From a virus (Duplodnaviria > Caudoviricetes): a stretch of DNA of 64,000 bases. Shown piece after piece: positions 15,630 through 26,770 of this stretch. The stretch is from positions 1 to 64,000 of IMG/VR virus record IMGVR_UViG_3300022752_000032, one strand, 5' to 3'. The position numbers and the translations under genes were made by a program. Each line of letters starts with the position of its first letter. The stretch's first letter is position 1. The notes below the pieces were generated by a model. The model saw nothing but the letters and a program-made list of their open reading frames with translations. It made no database searches and had not been told where the DNA came from.

Positions 15630-15721
15630 AAATAATTTTAAAAAATATTTTAATCACCTTTTTTATCTAGGGTAAAATTAGTCCTGGGAATCATCCCACT
15701 CGAGTGAAATGAGATAAATCT

Positions 15722-17950
15722 ATGCCAATTAACTTCCCAGACAGTCCGTCGTTAAATCAGACGTTCTCATCTGGAACAACAACTTGGCGTTGGAATGGCA
15801 CAGTATGGCTAGTAGTTCGTGACTTTGCACCAACAGGTGCAACAGGTGCGACAGGTCAAACTGGTGCTGCAGGACAGACCGGCGCTACTGGTGCAGTAGG
15901 TAATACAGGTGCGCAAGGTAATACTGGTGTAACTGGTCAAACAGGTGCAGTTGGTAACACAGGTGCGCAAGGTAATACTGGTGTAACAGGTCAAACTGGT
16001 GCAGTTGGTAATACTGGTGCAGTAGGTAATACTGGTGCAGTTGGTAATACTGGTGCTGATGGAAATACAGGAGCACAAGGTAATACTGGCCCAACTGGTA
16101 TCACTGGATACACTGGCCCAACTGGTCAAACTGGTGCAGTAGGTAACACAGGTGCAAACGGTAATACGGGTGCAACTGGTGATATTGGTGCAACTGGTGC
16201 AACTGGTGCACAAGGTAACTTTGGTGGTATTACTGTTGATTACAACTTTAGTACTAACACAACTGTTTCCGATCCAGGTTCTGGCAACGTAAAGTTCAAC
16301 AACGCTAACGTATCTCTTGCATCAAAGATGTCTATTGATGACGAAGATGGTAATGCAACAGATATTCAATCAATGCTACGCACAATTGATGACTCAACAA
16401 GCACAATTAAAGGTCACTTCCGCGTATCAAATAAAGCAGATTCTACAGATTTTGCTTTATTCACAATCAGCGCAGTTACAGAGCAAACAGGCTTCTTTGA
16501 AGTAGATGTTGCTTATGTATCTGGCTCATCAACATCATTTTCAAATGGTGAAGATGTAATTATCACTTTTGCAAGAACAGGTGATGCTGGAGCACAAGGT
16601 AATACTGGAGCACAAGGTAATACTGGTGCTACAGGTATCACTGGTGCTACTGGTGCAGTAGGTAATACTGGAGCAACAGGCCCAACTGGTGAAGTTGGTA
16701 ATACTGGTGCTACAGGTATCACTGGTGCTACAGGTGCAGTAGGTAATACAGGTGCTGTAGGTAATACTGGTGCAGTAGGTAATACTGGTGCACAAGGTAA
16801 TACTGGTGTAACAGGTCAAACTGGTGCAGTTGGTAATACTGGTGCAGTAGGTAATACTGGCGCTACAGGATTAACTGGTGTAACTGGTGCTACTGGTAAC
16901 ACAGGTTCTAACGGAACATTTGCAACAACTGATGCAAACCCTCCAACAAGCCCATCTCCTGTAACTGGAGATTCATGGTTTGATCCTACAAACGGTATCG
17001 TATTTGTTTACTACGACGGTTTCTGGGTTGAAGCAGTTGGTGGAAACGTAGGTCCTACAGGTATTACTGGTCCTACAGGTGCAGTTGGTAATACAGGTGC
17101 ACAGGGTAACTTCGGTGGCGCAACATTTAAGTATGCGTTCGATACAAATACCGCAGACTCAGATCCAGGCGCAGGTGATGTCAAGTTCAGTAATGCGAAC
17201 GTATCACTAGCATCATACATGTACATCAATAAGACAGACGCAGATGCATCAGATATCTCGTCATTCTTAACAACTATTGATGATTCAACAAGCCCAATTA
17301 AGGGTCACTTAAAGCTAACAAACATCTCTAACTCCAACGATTATGCATTGTTTACAATTGTAAATAACAGCATCACAAGTGGAGATTATTTCAAGGTGGC
17401 TGTTGCTTACGTATCAGGCTCGACATCGTTCTCGGCGGCAGAGTCCGTTACGATTACGTTTGCTCGTACAGGTGACGCAGGTGCTAATGGAGCAACTGGA
17501 GCAACTGGTCAAACAGGTGCTGTAGGTAATACTGGTGCAGTTGGTAATACTGGAGCAACTGGAAATACAGGTGCTGTAGGTAATACTGGTGCAACTGGTG
17601 TAACAGGTCAAACTGGAGCAACAGGTTCAAATGCAGTGCTAACACTAGTTCAGAACCCACAAACTGGTACTTCATACACAATTGTTGTTGCAGATGTTAA
17701 TAAGTTAGTTGAGCTTAGCAACGCTAATCCAATTACGTTAACAGTCCCAACAAACGCAGCAACTGCTGGATTCAATGCTGGAGATCAGATTAACCTTCTA
17801 CAGACTGGCGCAGGTCAGGTAACTGTTGGAGGAGCTGGAGTTACAATCAATGGAACTCCTGGTCTAAAACTTCGTGCTCAGTATTCATCTGCTACGCTGA
17901 TCAAGCGTGCTACTGATACATGGGTACTTATCGGAGATCTTTCCGCATAA
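15722..17950 (+). CDS. Collagen-like fiber protein
   Basis: 742 aa; [15 protein letters not shown]-terminus, two internal repeats ending FARTGD, C-terminal KLRAQYSSA domain. Confidence 0.85.
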   Translation: MPINFPDSPSLNQTFSSGTTTWRWNGTVWLVVRDFAPTGATGATGQTGAAGQTGATGAVGNTGAQGNTGVTGQTGAVGNTGAQGNTGVTGQTGAVGNTGAVGNTGAVGNTGADGNTGAQGNTGPTGITGYTGPTGQTGAVGNTGANGNTGATGDIGATGATGAQGNFGGITVDYNFSTNTTVSDPGSGNVKFNNANVSLASKMSIDDEDGNATDIQSMLRTIDDSTSTIKGHFRVSNKADSTDFALFTISAVTEQTGFFEVDVAYVSGSSTSFSNGEDVIITFARTGDAGAQGNTGAQGNTGATGITGATGAVGNTGATGPTGEVGNTGATGITGATGAVGNTGAVGNTGAVGNTGAQGNTGVTGQTGAVGNTGAVGNTGATGLTGVTGATGNTGSNGTFATTDANPPTSPSPVTGDSWFDPTNGIVFVYYDGFWVEAVGGNVGPTGITGPTGAVGNTGAQGNFGGATFKYAFDTNTADSDPGAGDVKFSNANVSLASYMYINKTDADASDISSFLTTIDDSTSPIKGHLKLTNISNSNDYALFTIVNNSITSGDYFKVAVAYVSGSTSFSAAESVTITFARTGDAGANGATGATGQTGAVGNTGAVGNTGATGNTGAVGNTGATGVTGQTGATGSNAVLTLVQNPQTGTSYTIVVADVNKLVELSNANPITLTVPTNAATAGFNAGDQINLLQTGAGQVTVGGAGVTINGTPGLKLRAQYSSATLIKRATDTWVLIGDLSA

Positions 17951-17964
17951 CCTAAATATTAGGT

Positions 17965-18006
17965 AGAAATTGCCCATCTTTTTATAAAAGGTGGGCAGTT
18001 TCTTTT
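17965..18006 (+). terminator. Rho-independent terminator
   Basis: AGAAATTGCCCATCTTTT / AAAAGGTGGGCAGTTTCT stem followed by a T-rich tail, just after the 17950 stop. Confidence 0.75.
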
Positions 18007-18068
18007 ATATAGAAAGTTCAAATTTATAGTATAGTAGTCCTATCCTTTTGCTGAAGTAAGAGAGTAAT

Positions 18069-19430
18069 ATGCCTATAGATTTTCCTAATAGTCCTAGCGT
18101 AGATAGTACATTTACCTCTGGTAATACTACTTGGCGCTGGAGCGGTACCGCATGGAAAGTTGTCCGTAATATTGCCCCAACGGGTGCTACTGGACAGACT
18201 GGGCCTACGGGTGTAACTGGAAGTACTGGGCCTACAGGTATAACAGGTATAAATTGGCGAGCATCCTTTGATTTTATTGAATATAATGTCCGTGATGTAG
18301 TTCAATACAACGGCAGTACATATTTTTGTAACACATTTATTGCAAGCGGGGATGCTATCTCACATATCCCTAGCGTATCTGCACGCTGGGATTTACTTTC
18401 AGCTAAAGGTAGTACAGGACCTACAGGTCCAACAGGTGTAACTGGAAATACTGGTGTAACTGGAGATGACGGTCAATTTAGCGTAGCCGCAACAACTCCA
18501 CCAGCTTCTCCTGAAGTTGGGGATGCATGGTATGACTCTGCAAGTGGAAATTTATATGTTTATTATGATGGCTATTGGGTAGAGGCGGCAAGTGCCAATG
18601 ACGGCCCAACTGGTAATACAGGAGCAACTGGAGCAGTTGGTAATACAGGTGTAACGGGACAAACTGGTGCACAAGGAAACACAGGTGCAACGGGTATAAC
18701 TGGAGCAACTGGTTTAACGGGTGCAACGGGAAATACTGGAGCAACAGGTATAACTGGAGATGACGGTCAATTCTCAACAGTTGCAACAACACCACCTGCA
18801 GCACCCGAAGCAGGGGATGCATGGTATGACGCATCTTCAGGAAATGTTTATATTTATTATGATGGCTATTGGGTAGAGGCAGCGAGTGCTAATGATGGTC
18901 CTACTGGAAATACAGGTCCTACAGGACCAACTGGTATTACAGGAAGCACTGGAGGTACTGGACCTACAGGACCTACTGGTACTGCAACTTTAACTAGATA
19001 TCGTTTTGTAGCCGCAGGTGGCGAGACTGAAGTTTCTGGAGCAGATGCAAACTCAGTAACACTTGCCTATACCGCAGGCTATGAGCAAGTATTTCTTAAC
19101 GGTGTTTTACTTGTAAGAGGAACAGATTACACCGCAAGTAATGGAACTTCAATTGCTAGCCTTTCCGCTCTTGCTGTTAACGACATTGTTGAGATACTTG
19201 CAATTGGTGCCTATAACGTAGCAAACGCAGTTCTTTCAACTACAGTTGATGCAAAAGGTGACTTACTTGTAGGTACTGCCGCTGACACAATTGGTAGACT
19301 TGCAGTAGGAACTAATGATTACTATCTAAAAGCTAACTCAGCGGCCACAGGTGGTCTTGAGTGGGCAGCAGTTACAGTACCACCAGCAGATGATGACCAA
19401 GCAATACTAGCCGCACAAATATTCGGATAA
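18069..19430 (+). CDS. Collagen-like fiber protein
   Basis: 453 aa; MPIDFP N-terminus, two GDAWYD..YYDGYW modules, C-terminal [13 protein letters not shown]. Confidence 0.85.
   Translation: MPIDFPNSPSVDSTFTSGNTTWRWSGTAWKVVRNIAPTGATGQTGPTGVTGSTGPTGITGINWRASFDFIEYNVRDVVQYNGSTYFCNTFIASGDAISHIPSVSARWDLLSAKGSTGPTGPTGVTGNTGVTGDDGQFSVAATTPPASPEVGDAWYDSASGNLYVYYDGYWVEAASANDGPTGNTGATGAVGNTGVTGQTGAQGNTGATGITGATGLTGATGNTGATGITGDDGQFSTVATTPPAAPEAGDAWYDASSGNVYIYYDGYWVEAASANDGPTGNTGPTGPTGITGSTGGTGPTGPTGTATLTRYRFVAAGGETEVSGADANSVTLAYTAGYEQVFLNGVLLVRGTDYTASNGTSIASLSALAVNDIVEILAIGAYNVANAVLSTTVDAKGDLLVGTAADTIGRLAVGTNDYYLKANSAATGGLEWAAVTVPPADDDQAILAAQIFG
18456..18910 (+). repeat. Intragenic duplication with 294-bp offset
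   Basis: GGAGATGACGGTCAA begins at 18462 and 18756, each followed by near-identical module sequence. Confidence 0.8.
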
Positions 19431-19440
19431 GGAAAACAAA

Positions 19441-19788
19441 ATGGCAACTTTTACAAAAGTAAAACTTAGTGGTTCAACAGATGGCAAGGCAGTTAAGGTT
19501 GCTGCTACTGCTACAGCAGGAACAACTATTCATACAGCACACGCAACAGCCCTTGATGAGATTTGGCTATATGCACATAACTCATCAGCAACAGCAGTAA
19601 AACTTACCCTTGAATTTGGTGGAGTTGCTGCGCCAGATGACCATATTGAAATTAATATTGGCGCTGAAGGTACAGGATTAGTTCTTGTATCTCCTGGATT
19701 ATTATTAACAAACTCACTTGTAGTTAAGGCATTTGCTGGAACTGCTAACGTAGTTACTCTTACAGGTTATGTAAATAGGATTGCTTAA
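19441..19788 (+). CDS. Small virion/adaptor protein
   Basis: 115 aa, beta-rich; sits between fiber and Gly-rich gene, coupled to the latter by TAATG. Confidence 0.6.
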   Translation: MATFTKVKLSGSTDGKAVKVAATATAGTTIHTAHATALDEIWLYAHNSSATAVKLTLEFGGVAAPDDHIEINIGAEGTGLVLVSPGLLLTNSLVVKAFAGTANVVTLTGYVNRIA

Positions 19789-20780
19789 TGTCAAGATACG
19801 GACAAAGAAGTAGATTAACTGGCGCTGCACAAGCCAACACTATTAACTATTGGTTTGGTGGTGGTTTTGCTCAACTTCCGATTGAGGTTGACTACCTTGT
19901 AGTTGCAGGCGGTGGCGCAGGTGGTGGTTGGAGTAGTGCGGGTGGAAGTGGAGCATCAGGCGGTGGTGGTGGTGGTGGTGTTCGTTGCACAGTAGATAAC
20001 ACAGGTCGGCTTGCAACTTTACCGACTGCTTTAAGTTTAACTCTAGGAACTACATATACAGTAACTGTTGGTGCTGGTGGTTCAACTGGTAATGGTGCAA
20101 ATTCATCATTTAGCGGAACTGGTATTACAACCATAACATCAACAGGTGGTGGTTATGGTGCAACTAGAGTCACGTTTAACGCTGCATCTGGTGGTTCAGG
20201 CGGTGGCGGTTATGGTGATGGCAGTGCAAATGCTGGTGCTGCTGGAACTGCTAACGAAGGTTTTGGCGGTGGTAATGGTTCAGGTTTAGATGGTGGCTCA
20301 TCAGGCGGCGGTGGTGGTGCTGGTGAAGTAGGAGAAAACGGATTTAGAGATGCTTCTTCTGGCGACTGGTTTGCAGGTGACGGCGGAGATGGTATTCAAA
20401 CATCCATAACTGGAACATCTATCTATTACGGTGGTGGCGGTGGTGGTGGTTCAGGCCCAGCAAGTGGTGGTTGGTTAGCGGCACCTAATGGTGCTGGTGC
20501 TGGTGGTGCTGGTGGTGGCGGTCGTGGAGCCCAAGCAAATCCAAGTGGACAAACATCACAAGCAGGAACTGCAAACACTGGTGGCGGGGGTGGTGGTCGT
20601 GATAATGATAACACTTACAATGGTTCAGCAGGTGGTTCTGGTGTAGTTATTCTTCGTTATCCAGATTCACGAACAATTACATTTGGTGCAGGCGTAACTG
20701 GTACTGAAAGCGCAGCAAGTGGTGGATACAAACGAGCAACAATTACCGCAGCAACTGCTGGAAATGTGAGTTGGTCATAA
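19788..20780 (+). CDS. Glycine-rich adhesin-like protein
   Basis: 330 aa; DYLVVAGGG, GGSGVVILRYP, NVSWS end; different leader (MSRYGQR). Confidence 0.75.
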   Translation: MSRYGQRSRLTGAAQANTINYWFGGGFAQLPIEVDYLVVAGGGAGGGWSSAGGSGASGGGGGGGVRCTVDNTGRLATLPTALSLTLGTTYTVTVGAGGSTGNGANSSFSGTGITTITSTGGGYGATRVTFNAASGGSGGGGYGDGSANAGAAGTANEGFGGGNGSGLDGGSSGGGGGAGEVGENGFRDASSGDWFAGDGGDGIQTSITGTSIYYGGGGGGGSGPASGGWLAAPNGAGAGGAGGGGRGAQANPSGQTSQAGTANTGGGGGGRDNDNTYNGSAGGSGVVILRYPDSRTITFGAGVTGTESAASGGYKRATITAATAGNVSWS

Positions 20781-21157
20781 TGGCACATTACGCTTGGATT
20801 GATAGTAATAATATAGTTATTAATGTAACCGTTGGTGTTGATGAAAACATTACACAACAAGGTGTAGGTGGTTCATCTGAGGCTTGGGAAACATTTTATA
20901 CAAACGCAGTTAATCAAGAAGGTGTATATTTAAAACGCACTTCCTACAACGGCAACATCCGTAAAAACTATGCAGGCATTGGGTATACCTATGATGCTAC
21001 ACGGGATGCTTTTATCCCACCTAAACCTTTTAACTCTTGGGTATTAGACGAGGCTACTTGCCAATGGCAAGCACCTACACCTATGCCTACAACAGAAGGT
21101 AAGTCTTACTACTGGTCAGAGGATGACCTATCTTGGAGGGAAATAACCAATGACTAA
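20780..21157 (+). CDS. MAH-family adhesin-associated protein
   Basis: ATG at 20780 overlaps the upstream stop (TAATG); paralog of 1121..1465. Confidence 0.72.
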   Translation: MAHYAWIDSNNIVINVTVGVDENITQQGVGGSSEAWETFYTNAVNQEGVYLKRTSYNGNIRKNYAGIGYTYDATRDAFIPPKPFNSWVLDEATCQWQAPTPMPTTEGKSYYWSEDDLSWREITND

Positions 21158-21839
21158 AGCAAGAGATCTAGCCAATGCCTCAACAGCATTATCGGCTGTA
21201 TCAGCAACTGAGTTAGGGTATGTAGATGGTGTTACCTCTGCTATCCAGACACAGTTAGATGCAAAGACTGCAAAGTCTACCCTTACAACTACAGGTGATA
21301 TTTACTATGCATCTGCTGCTAATACCCCTGCTAGATTAGGCATTGGTAGCACAGGAAATGTACTCACTGTGGCATCAGGTATCCCTAGTTGGGCGGCTCC
21401 TGCTGGTGGTGGAAAAGTTTTGCAAGTTGTTTATGGTTCTTATTCTACTCAAGTTCAAAATGGTACAAAAACACCTGTTGATACCGGTTTAACTGCACAA
21501 ATTACACCTAGTTCAACATCAAGCAAAGTATTAGTTTTAATAAGCCAACAAGGTTGTTATAAAACTGCTGCTGGTAATGCTGATAGTAGCATCCGTTTAA
21601 GGTTATTAAGAAACAATGTTAGTCAATTACATATTGCTGATGTAATTTGTTATACAAATAGTAATTTATTTCTTGTCATTGGTTCTATTACAATGAACTA
21701 TCTTGATTCACCATCAAGCACAAGTACTTTAACTTATAAAACTGATATATTACAAAGCATAACTTTTGGCAATGCTGTTGGTTGTCAATATGATAGCGGC
21801 AATACATCAACAATGGTTTTACTAGAAATAGGAGCATAA
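21150..21839 (+). CDS. Short fiber/spike protein
   Basis: MTKARDLAN leader, TTTGDIYYAS..RLGIG module, C-terminal GKVLQVV...LLEIGA domain. Confidence 0.65.
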   Translation: MTKARDLANASTALSAVSATELGYVDGVTSAIQTQLDAKTAKSTLTTTGDIYYASAANTPARLGIGSTGNVLTVASGIPSWAAPAGGGKVLQVVYGSYSTQVQNGTKTPVDTGLTAQITPSSTSSKVLVLISQQGCYKTAAGNADSSIRLRLLRNNVSQLHIADVICYTNSNLFLVIGSITMNYLDSPSSTSTLTYKTDILQSITFGNAVGCQYDSGNTSTMVLLEIGA

Positions 21840-21842
21840 TTT

Positions 21843-22097
21843 ATGGCAAAAACAAGTGAGGTACTAAATATGTTATTTCCTAATGGTGGTTATGTTGCGA
21901 TTGGAAATGATTATGAAGGAATTCAATTTTTAGATTGTGAACCAATTACTAAAGCAGAATTTGAAGCAGGATTTGCTCAATATGATGCTTGGAAAGCAGA
22001 GCAAGATGCAGCAAAGGCAACAGCCAAAGCAGCAGCCGAATCTAAACTTGCAGCCCTTGGATTAACTACCCAGGATTTAAGGGCTTTAGGTCTTTAG
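21843..22097 (+). CDS. Small fiber-associated protein
   Basis: 84 aa; Ala-rich C-terminal helix ending KLAALGLT; similar to 26487..26723. Confidence 0.6.
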   Translation: MAKTSEVLNMLFPNGGYVAIGNDYEGIQFLDCEPITKAEFEAGFAQYDAWKAEQDAAKATAKAAAESKLAALGLTTQDLRALGL

Positions 22098-22275
22098 CAT
22101 AATTTTGAGGGATTGTTCTACAAATATTAATAACTATTAAGGAGCACCGTGGTAATAATGGATAGACCCCTTTCTAGGGCTATAAATCATTTAAAATCGC
22201 GCCTTAAAAAACCGTTTTTAAACTATCAACGCAGATAAGCACCTGCTATAATACCTAGGTAACCAGGAGGAAAAA

Positions 22276-22809
22276 ATGCCAGCAATAGATTTTCCAAACT
22301 CTCCATCTGTCAACGATACCCATACCGTTGGCAACCGTGTTTGGAAGTGGAACGGTACCGTTTGGGAGGTCGTTCGTTCGACTGTTCCTTACTCTACTGG
22401 GGCAACTGGTTCTACCGGGCCAACAGGACCTACTGGCACTACAGGGGCTACGGGTACTACAGGCTCAACTGTAACTGGACCAACAGGTGCTGCTAGCGCT
22501 ATTTTGGCTATTAATAACGTAACTGGAACAACCTATACTTTACAAGCAAGTGATCTTAATGATCTTGTGACTTTAAGTAATGCCGCGGCAATTACTCTTA
22601 CAATTCCTCCATCAGTATTTAGTGCTAATGATGTTGTTAATGTTTCTCAAACTGGAGCAGGTCAGGTTAGTTTTGCTCAAGGGGCTGGAGTAACTATTAA
22701 CTCATCTGGTGCTACAGCAACTGCGCCTAAGTTAAGAGTTCAATACTCTTCAGCCGCAGTAATCTGCACAGCAAGTAATACGTTTTTAGTAGTAGGCGAC
22801 ATCTCCTAA
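22276..22809 (+). CDS. Short collagen-like adaptor fiber
   Basis: 177 aa; MPAIDFP..WKWNGTVW, about ten G-X-T triplets, KLRVQYSSA domain; AGGAGG RBS and TATAAT upstream. Confidence 0.8.
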   Translation: MPAIDFPNSPSVNDTHTVGNRVWKWNGTVWEVVRSTVPYSTGATGSTGPTGPTGTTGATGTTGSTVTGPTGAASAILAINNVTGTTYTLQASDLNDLVTLSNAAAITLTIPPSVFSANDVVNVSQTGAGQVSFAQGAGVTINSSGATATAPKLRVQYSSAAVICTASNTFLVVGDIS

Positions 22810-22813
22810 GCCA

Positions 22814-23359
22814 ATGCCAATTTTATTTGGCACTATTGCCTCATCTAACCAGCAGGCGCGAGCTGATACTGGTGCTATGTTTCCTATTAGTGTTTATACC
22901 GTAGGTGATGTTAACGCTTCTTCAATTACACTTTCTAATATACCTTCAACTTATACTCATCTACAAGTTAGATTTTTAACATTAAATTCCGCGACGGGCG
23001 CAACTTTTTTTAGACTTAACGGTGATACTGCTGGTAATTATTCAAATCATTATCTATACGGTAGTGGTACTGATGCACAAACAGGTGGCACTGCTAATTC
23101 AACTCAACTTTATATAGCAAACCATGGAACATCAATTCCTACCATTGGTATTATAGATATTTTAGACTACAAAAACACTAATAAATATAAAACAACAAGA
23201 ACAATTAGCGGTAACGAAACGAACAGTGGAAATAACACTGCTTCTGCTATATGGTCAGGTAACTGGAGAAACACAAACGCAGTAACTACTTTTCAAATAT
23301 ATCCTAGCGGTGCAAATTTTACACAATTTACAACAGTTGCTTTATATGGAATACTTTAG
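22814..23359 (+). CDS. Triplet cassette 1, subunit A
   Basis: MPILFGT leader; IPSTYTHLQVR; ALYGI end. Confidence 0.7.
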   Translation: MPILFGTIASSNQQARADTGAMFPISVYTVGDVNASSITLSNIPSTYTHLQVRFLTLNSATGATFFRLNGDTAGNYSNHYLYGSGTDAQTGGTANSTQLYIANHGTSIPTIGIIDILDYKNTNKYKTTRTISGNETNSGNNTASAIWSGNWRNTNAVTTFQIYPSGANFTQFTTVALYGIL

Positions 23360-23369
23360 GAGGGCATGA

Positions 23370-24695
23370 ATGAGTACAAATACACCAATATCTACCATAA
23401 ATCTTAGCAGTGCCGCTTCATCCATCACTTTTAGTAGCATTCCTCAAACTTATACTGATTTAATTTTAATTGCATCAGTCAAAAGTGTTACTGCTCCTGC
23501 TGGAATTAAATATCGATTAAATGGGGATTCAGGTGCAAACTATTCACATAATACACTCACAGCTACTGGTTCAGCAATTAGTGGTCAAAAAGAAAGTATA
23601 ACTTCTGGTCTATTAGCATATTATGGTTACACAGATACAGTTAATTACGGTCTTTATCAACATAATTTTATGAACTATGCTAAAACTGATTACTATAAAG
23701 CCAGTATCGGAAGGTCGGATAATACTAGCGGTGCTGGAGTAGCGTTGATGACAAATACATGGCGCAATAGCAGCGCAATTACATCTATTAGCGTATTCTT
23801 AGATAGCGGCAACATGGCATCAGGTTCAACATTTAATCTTTACGGAATTGTTGCAGCTAGCGGATACGCTACTGGTGGAAATTTAATTACAACAGATGGG
23901 TCTTATTGGTATCATACATTTACATCAAGTGGAACATTCACTCCTACTCGAGCGCTTACTGCTGATTATTTAGTAGTTGCAGGTGGTGGTTCAGGTGGCA
24001 CAAAACACGGCGGTGGTGGTGGAGCCGGTGGTCTTTTAACATCCTCAGTATCATTGGCTGTTAATACTGTTTACACCGTAACCGTTGGCGCGGGTGGAGC
24101 TGCAACAACAACAAAACCAGCTGATGGATCTTCTGGTACATCTTCAAGCATTTCTGGTACAGGTCTTACCACAATTACTGCTACTGGCGGCGGTTATGGT
24201 AGCGCTGGAAATCAAACTGGTGCGACAACAAGTGCTGGTGGTTCAGGTGGTTCAGGTGGTGGAAGCGGTAGTGGTGGTGTAACAAATGGTGCAGGTGGAA
24301 CAGCAACGCCTTCTCCAGCTCAAGGTAATAATGGTGGACAAGGTGGAAACCCAAGTGGTGCAGAGCGTGGCGGAGGTGGTGGTGGTGCGGGAGCGGTAGG
24401 TGCTACTGGAGCGACATCAGGTAATGGTGGCGCTGGAATCGCATCAAGTATTTCAGGTTCATCTGTAACTTACGCAGGAGGTGGCGGAGGTGGTTGTAGA
24501 AGCGATGTTGCCGCTGGTACTGGTGGTTCTAGCATTGGTGGTGCAGGAAGTGGCGTTGATGGAACTGCTGGTGGTGAAGGAACAATAAATACTGGTTCAG
24601 GTGGAGGCGGCGGGGGTCGTACTTATGGCTCAGGTGGCGGCTCAAACAGCGGTGCAGGTGGCTCAGGAATTGTAATTGTGAGGTATGCGGTCTAA
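23370..24695 (+). CDS. Triplet cassette 1, subunit B fused to a glycine-rich domain
   Basis: N-terminal ~160-aa YTDL..LYGI domain followed by YWYHTF..DYLVVAGGG Gly-rich domain. Confidence 0.72.
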   Translation: MSTNTPISTINLSSAASSITFSSIPQTYTDLILIASVKSVTAPAGIKYRLNGDSGANYSHNTLTATGSAISGQKESITSGLLAYYGYTDTVNYGLYQHNFMNYAKTDYYKASIGRSDNTSGAGVALMTNTWRNSSAITSISVFLDSGNMASGSTFNLYGIVAASGYATGGNLITTDGSYWYHTFTSSGTFTPTRALTADYLVVAGGGSGGTKHGGGGGAGGLLTSSVSLAVNTVYTVTVGAGGAATTTKPADGSSGTSSSISGTGLTTITATGGGYGSAGNQTGATTSAGGSGGSGGGSGSGGVTNGAGGTATPSPAQGNNGGQGGNPSGAERGGGGGGAGAVGATGATSGNGGAGIASSISGSSVTYAGGGGGGCRSDVAAGTGGSSIGGAGSGVDGTAGGEGTINTGSGGGGGGRTYGSGGGSNSGAGGSGIVIVRYAV

Positions 24696-26062
24696 TGGCT
24701 AATATGAAATTAATTGAGGCTAAGACAGTTGGCTCTGGAGGTGTTGCATTTATTACTTTTTCTGCAATTCCACAAACTTATACTGATATAAAAATTTTAG
24801 CATCTAGTAGAGATAATCGTGCTGGTCAAATCAATGACGATATATCAATACAGGTTGGCTATAACGGTGCAATAAATACTGGTTCTATCTATACTAAATA
24901 TAGAGGCTACGGAACTGGGAGCGGTGTTGGATCTGATAACAATTCAGGTACAGCGCTTAATGTAGGTTTTTCTACTGGTAGCACTGCAACCGCTTCTGTT
25001 TTTGGTAACAATTCAATTTATTTTGCTAATTATACTTCTAGTAATAATAAAACAGTTTCCTGTGATGGGGTATCAGAAAATAATGCAACCGATTCTTGGC
25101 AAGTTTTGAACGCTGGTTTAGTAGCAACTAGTAATCCAATAACCGATATTAAATTATTTGGCGCTGATGCCTCTTTATTAAGTGAACATACAACTTTTTA
25201 TTTATACGGTATTTCTAGTACTATTGCTAGTGGTGCTAAAGCCTACGGTGGTTATGTAACTGAGGATGCTAATTATTTCTATCACACATTTTTAGCAACA
25301 GGAGAATTTACTCCTACTGCTGGATTAACTGCTGATGTGCTTTGTATTGCAGGAGGCGGTGGTGGTGGCGGTTCTGGCGGTGGAGGCGGTGCAGGAGGTT
25401 TAAGATATTTAACGTCTGAATCAGTAACTGCTCAGGTTTATACTATAACTGTTGGCGCTGGTGGCTCTGGTGGTTTAGCACAAAATCAACAGGGTTACAA
25501 AGGTTCTAATGGTACAAATTCACAATTTGGTTCACTAACTGCTGCGGTTGGCGGTGGTGGAGGTGGAGGTAATGACCGATCTGGACAGCAAGATGGTAAT
25601 TCTGGTGGTTCAGGTGGAGGAGGTGGTTCATTTAGCAGCACATCTGGTACAGGTGGTAGTCCGACAAGTGGTCAAGGTAATGTAGGTGGTAATGGTTCAA
25701 CCGATGGCGCAACATATCGCAAGAGTGGCGGCGGAGGAGGAGCTGGTGCTGCTGCTGCAAACGCAGGTAATAACTTTTCTACCGATGGTGGAGTAGGTTT
25801 ACAATATTCAACATTTGCAACCGCGACTGGTACTGGTGCTAATAGTGGTTATTACGCAGGCGGCGGCGGAGCAAGTCCTACCAAAGCAGGAGGTCTTGGT
25901 GGCGGTGGAGCAGGTTCAGCATCTGGTTCTAATGATAATGGTACTTCAGGTGTTGCAAATACTGGCGGTGGCGGAGGTGCAAGCGGTTTTGCATCAACTA
26001 TCACTGCCTACTATGGCGGTGCAGGCGGTAGCGGTTTAGTAATTATAAGATACGCAAAATAA
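24695..26062 (+). CDS. Triplet cassette 1, subunit C fused to a glycine-rich domain
   Basis: LIEAKT..FYLYGI domain followed by Gly-rich domain ending GGSGLVIIRY. Confidence 0.72.
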   Translation: MANMKLIEAKTVGSGGVAFITFSAIPQTYTDIKILASSRDNRAGQINDDISIQVGYNGAINTGSIYTKYRGYGTGSGVGSDNNSGTALNVGFSTGSTATASVFGNNSIYFANYTSSNNKTVSCDGVSENNATDSWQVLNAGLVATSNPITDIKLFGADASLLSEHTTFYLYGISSTIASGAKAYGGYVTEDANYFYHTFLATGEFTPTAGLTADVLCIAGGGGGGGSGGGGGAGGLRYLTSESVTAQVYTITVGAGGSGGLAQNQQGYKGSNGTNSQFGSLTAAVGGGGGGGNDRSGQQDGNSGGSGGGGGSFSSTSGTGGSPTSGQGNVGGNGSTDGATYRKSGGGGGAGAAAANAGNNFSTDGGVGLQYSTFATATGTGANSGYYAGGGGASPTKAGGLGGGGAGSASGSNDNGTSGVANTGGGGGASGFASTITAYYGGAGGSGLVIIRYAK

Positions 26063-26115
26063 ATTTAACTTAAAAATCGTGATATAATAACTACAAGAAA
26101 TAAGGAGAAAAATAT

Positions 26116-26484
26116 ATGGCACATTTTGCCGAGATAGATGAGAGCAATACAGTAGTACGTGTACTTGTTGTTCCAGATGCTCAAGAAAATCGGGGTCAAG
26201 AGTATCTAGCCGATGACTTAGGTCTAGGTGGAACTTGGAAGAAGACTTCCTACAATACACAAGGTGGAGTTCACGCTAACGGCGGAACACCATATCGCAA
26301 GAATTATGCAGGAATTGGCTACACATTTGACGCTACAAGAGATGCGTTTATTGCGCCAAAGCCTTACGCTTCATGGACACTAGATGAGGCAACATGTAAT
26401 TGGCAAGCCCCAACACCAATGCCAACAGATGACAAAATGTATCGTTGGGATGAAGAAACAACTAGCTGGATAGAGGTAGCATAA
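26116..26484 (+). CDS. MAH-family adhesin-associated protein
   Basis: 122 aa; third paralog; AAGGAG RBS and TATAAT upstream. Confidence 0.72.
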   Translation: MAHFAEIDESNTVVRVLVVPDAQENRGQEYLADDLGLGGTWKKTSYNTQGGVHANGGTPYRKNYAGIGYTFDATRDAFIAPKPYASWTLDEATCNWQAPTPMPTDDKMYRWDEETTSWIEVA

Positions 26485-26486
26485 AC

Positions 26487-26723
26487 ATGGCCGAGACACC
26501 AACAAAGATGGTTGTAAACTGCACAACAGGAGAGACACAAATTCTTCCGTTGACGGCAGCAGAGATTGCACAACGTGATCAAGATGCAGCAGCGTATGCA
26601 GTTGCACAGGCTGAGCGCGAAGAGGCTGCGGCTGCAACAGCAGCACTTAAGGCCTCTGCAAGAGCAAAGTTAATCGCTGGAACTCCCCTTACTGAAGAAG
26701 AAGCGGCTGTACTAGTAATTTAA
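26487..26723 (+). CDS. Small fiber-associated protein
   Basis: 78 aa; Ala-rich helix ending AKLIAGTPLT. Confidence 0.6.
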   Translation: MAETPTKMVVNCTTGETQILPLTAAEIAQRDQDAAAYAVAQAEREEAAAATAALKASARAKLIAGTPLTEEEAAVLVI

Positions 26724-26770
26724 TTTTTGTCACCGCAAAGCAAGACAAGTATTAAAGACTGGAGGCTACA

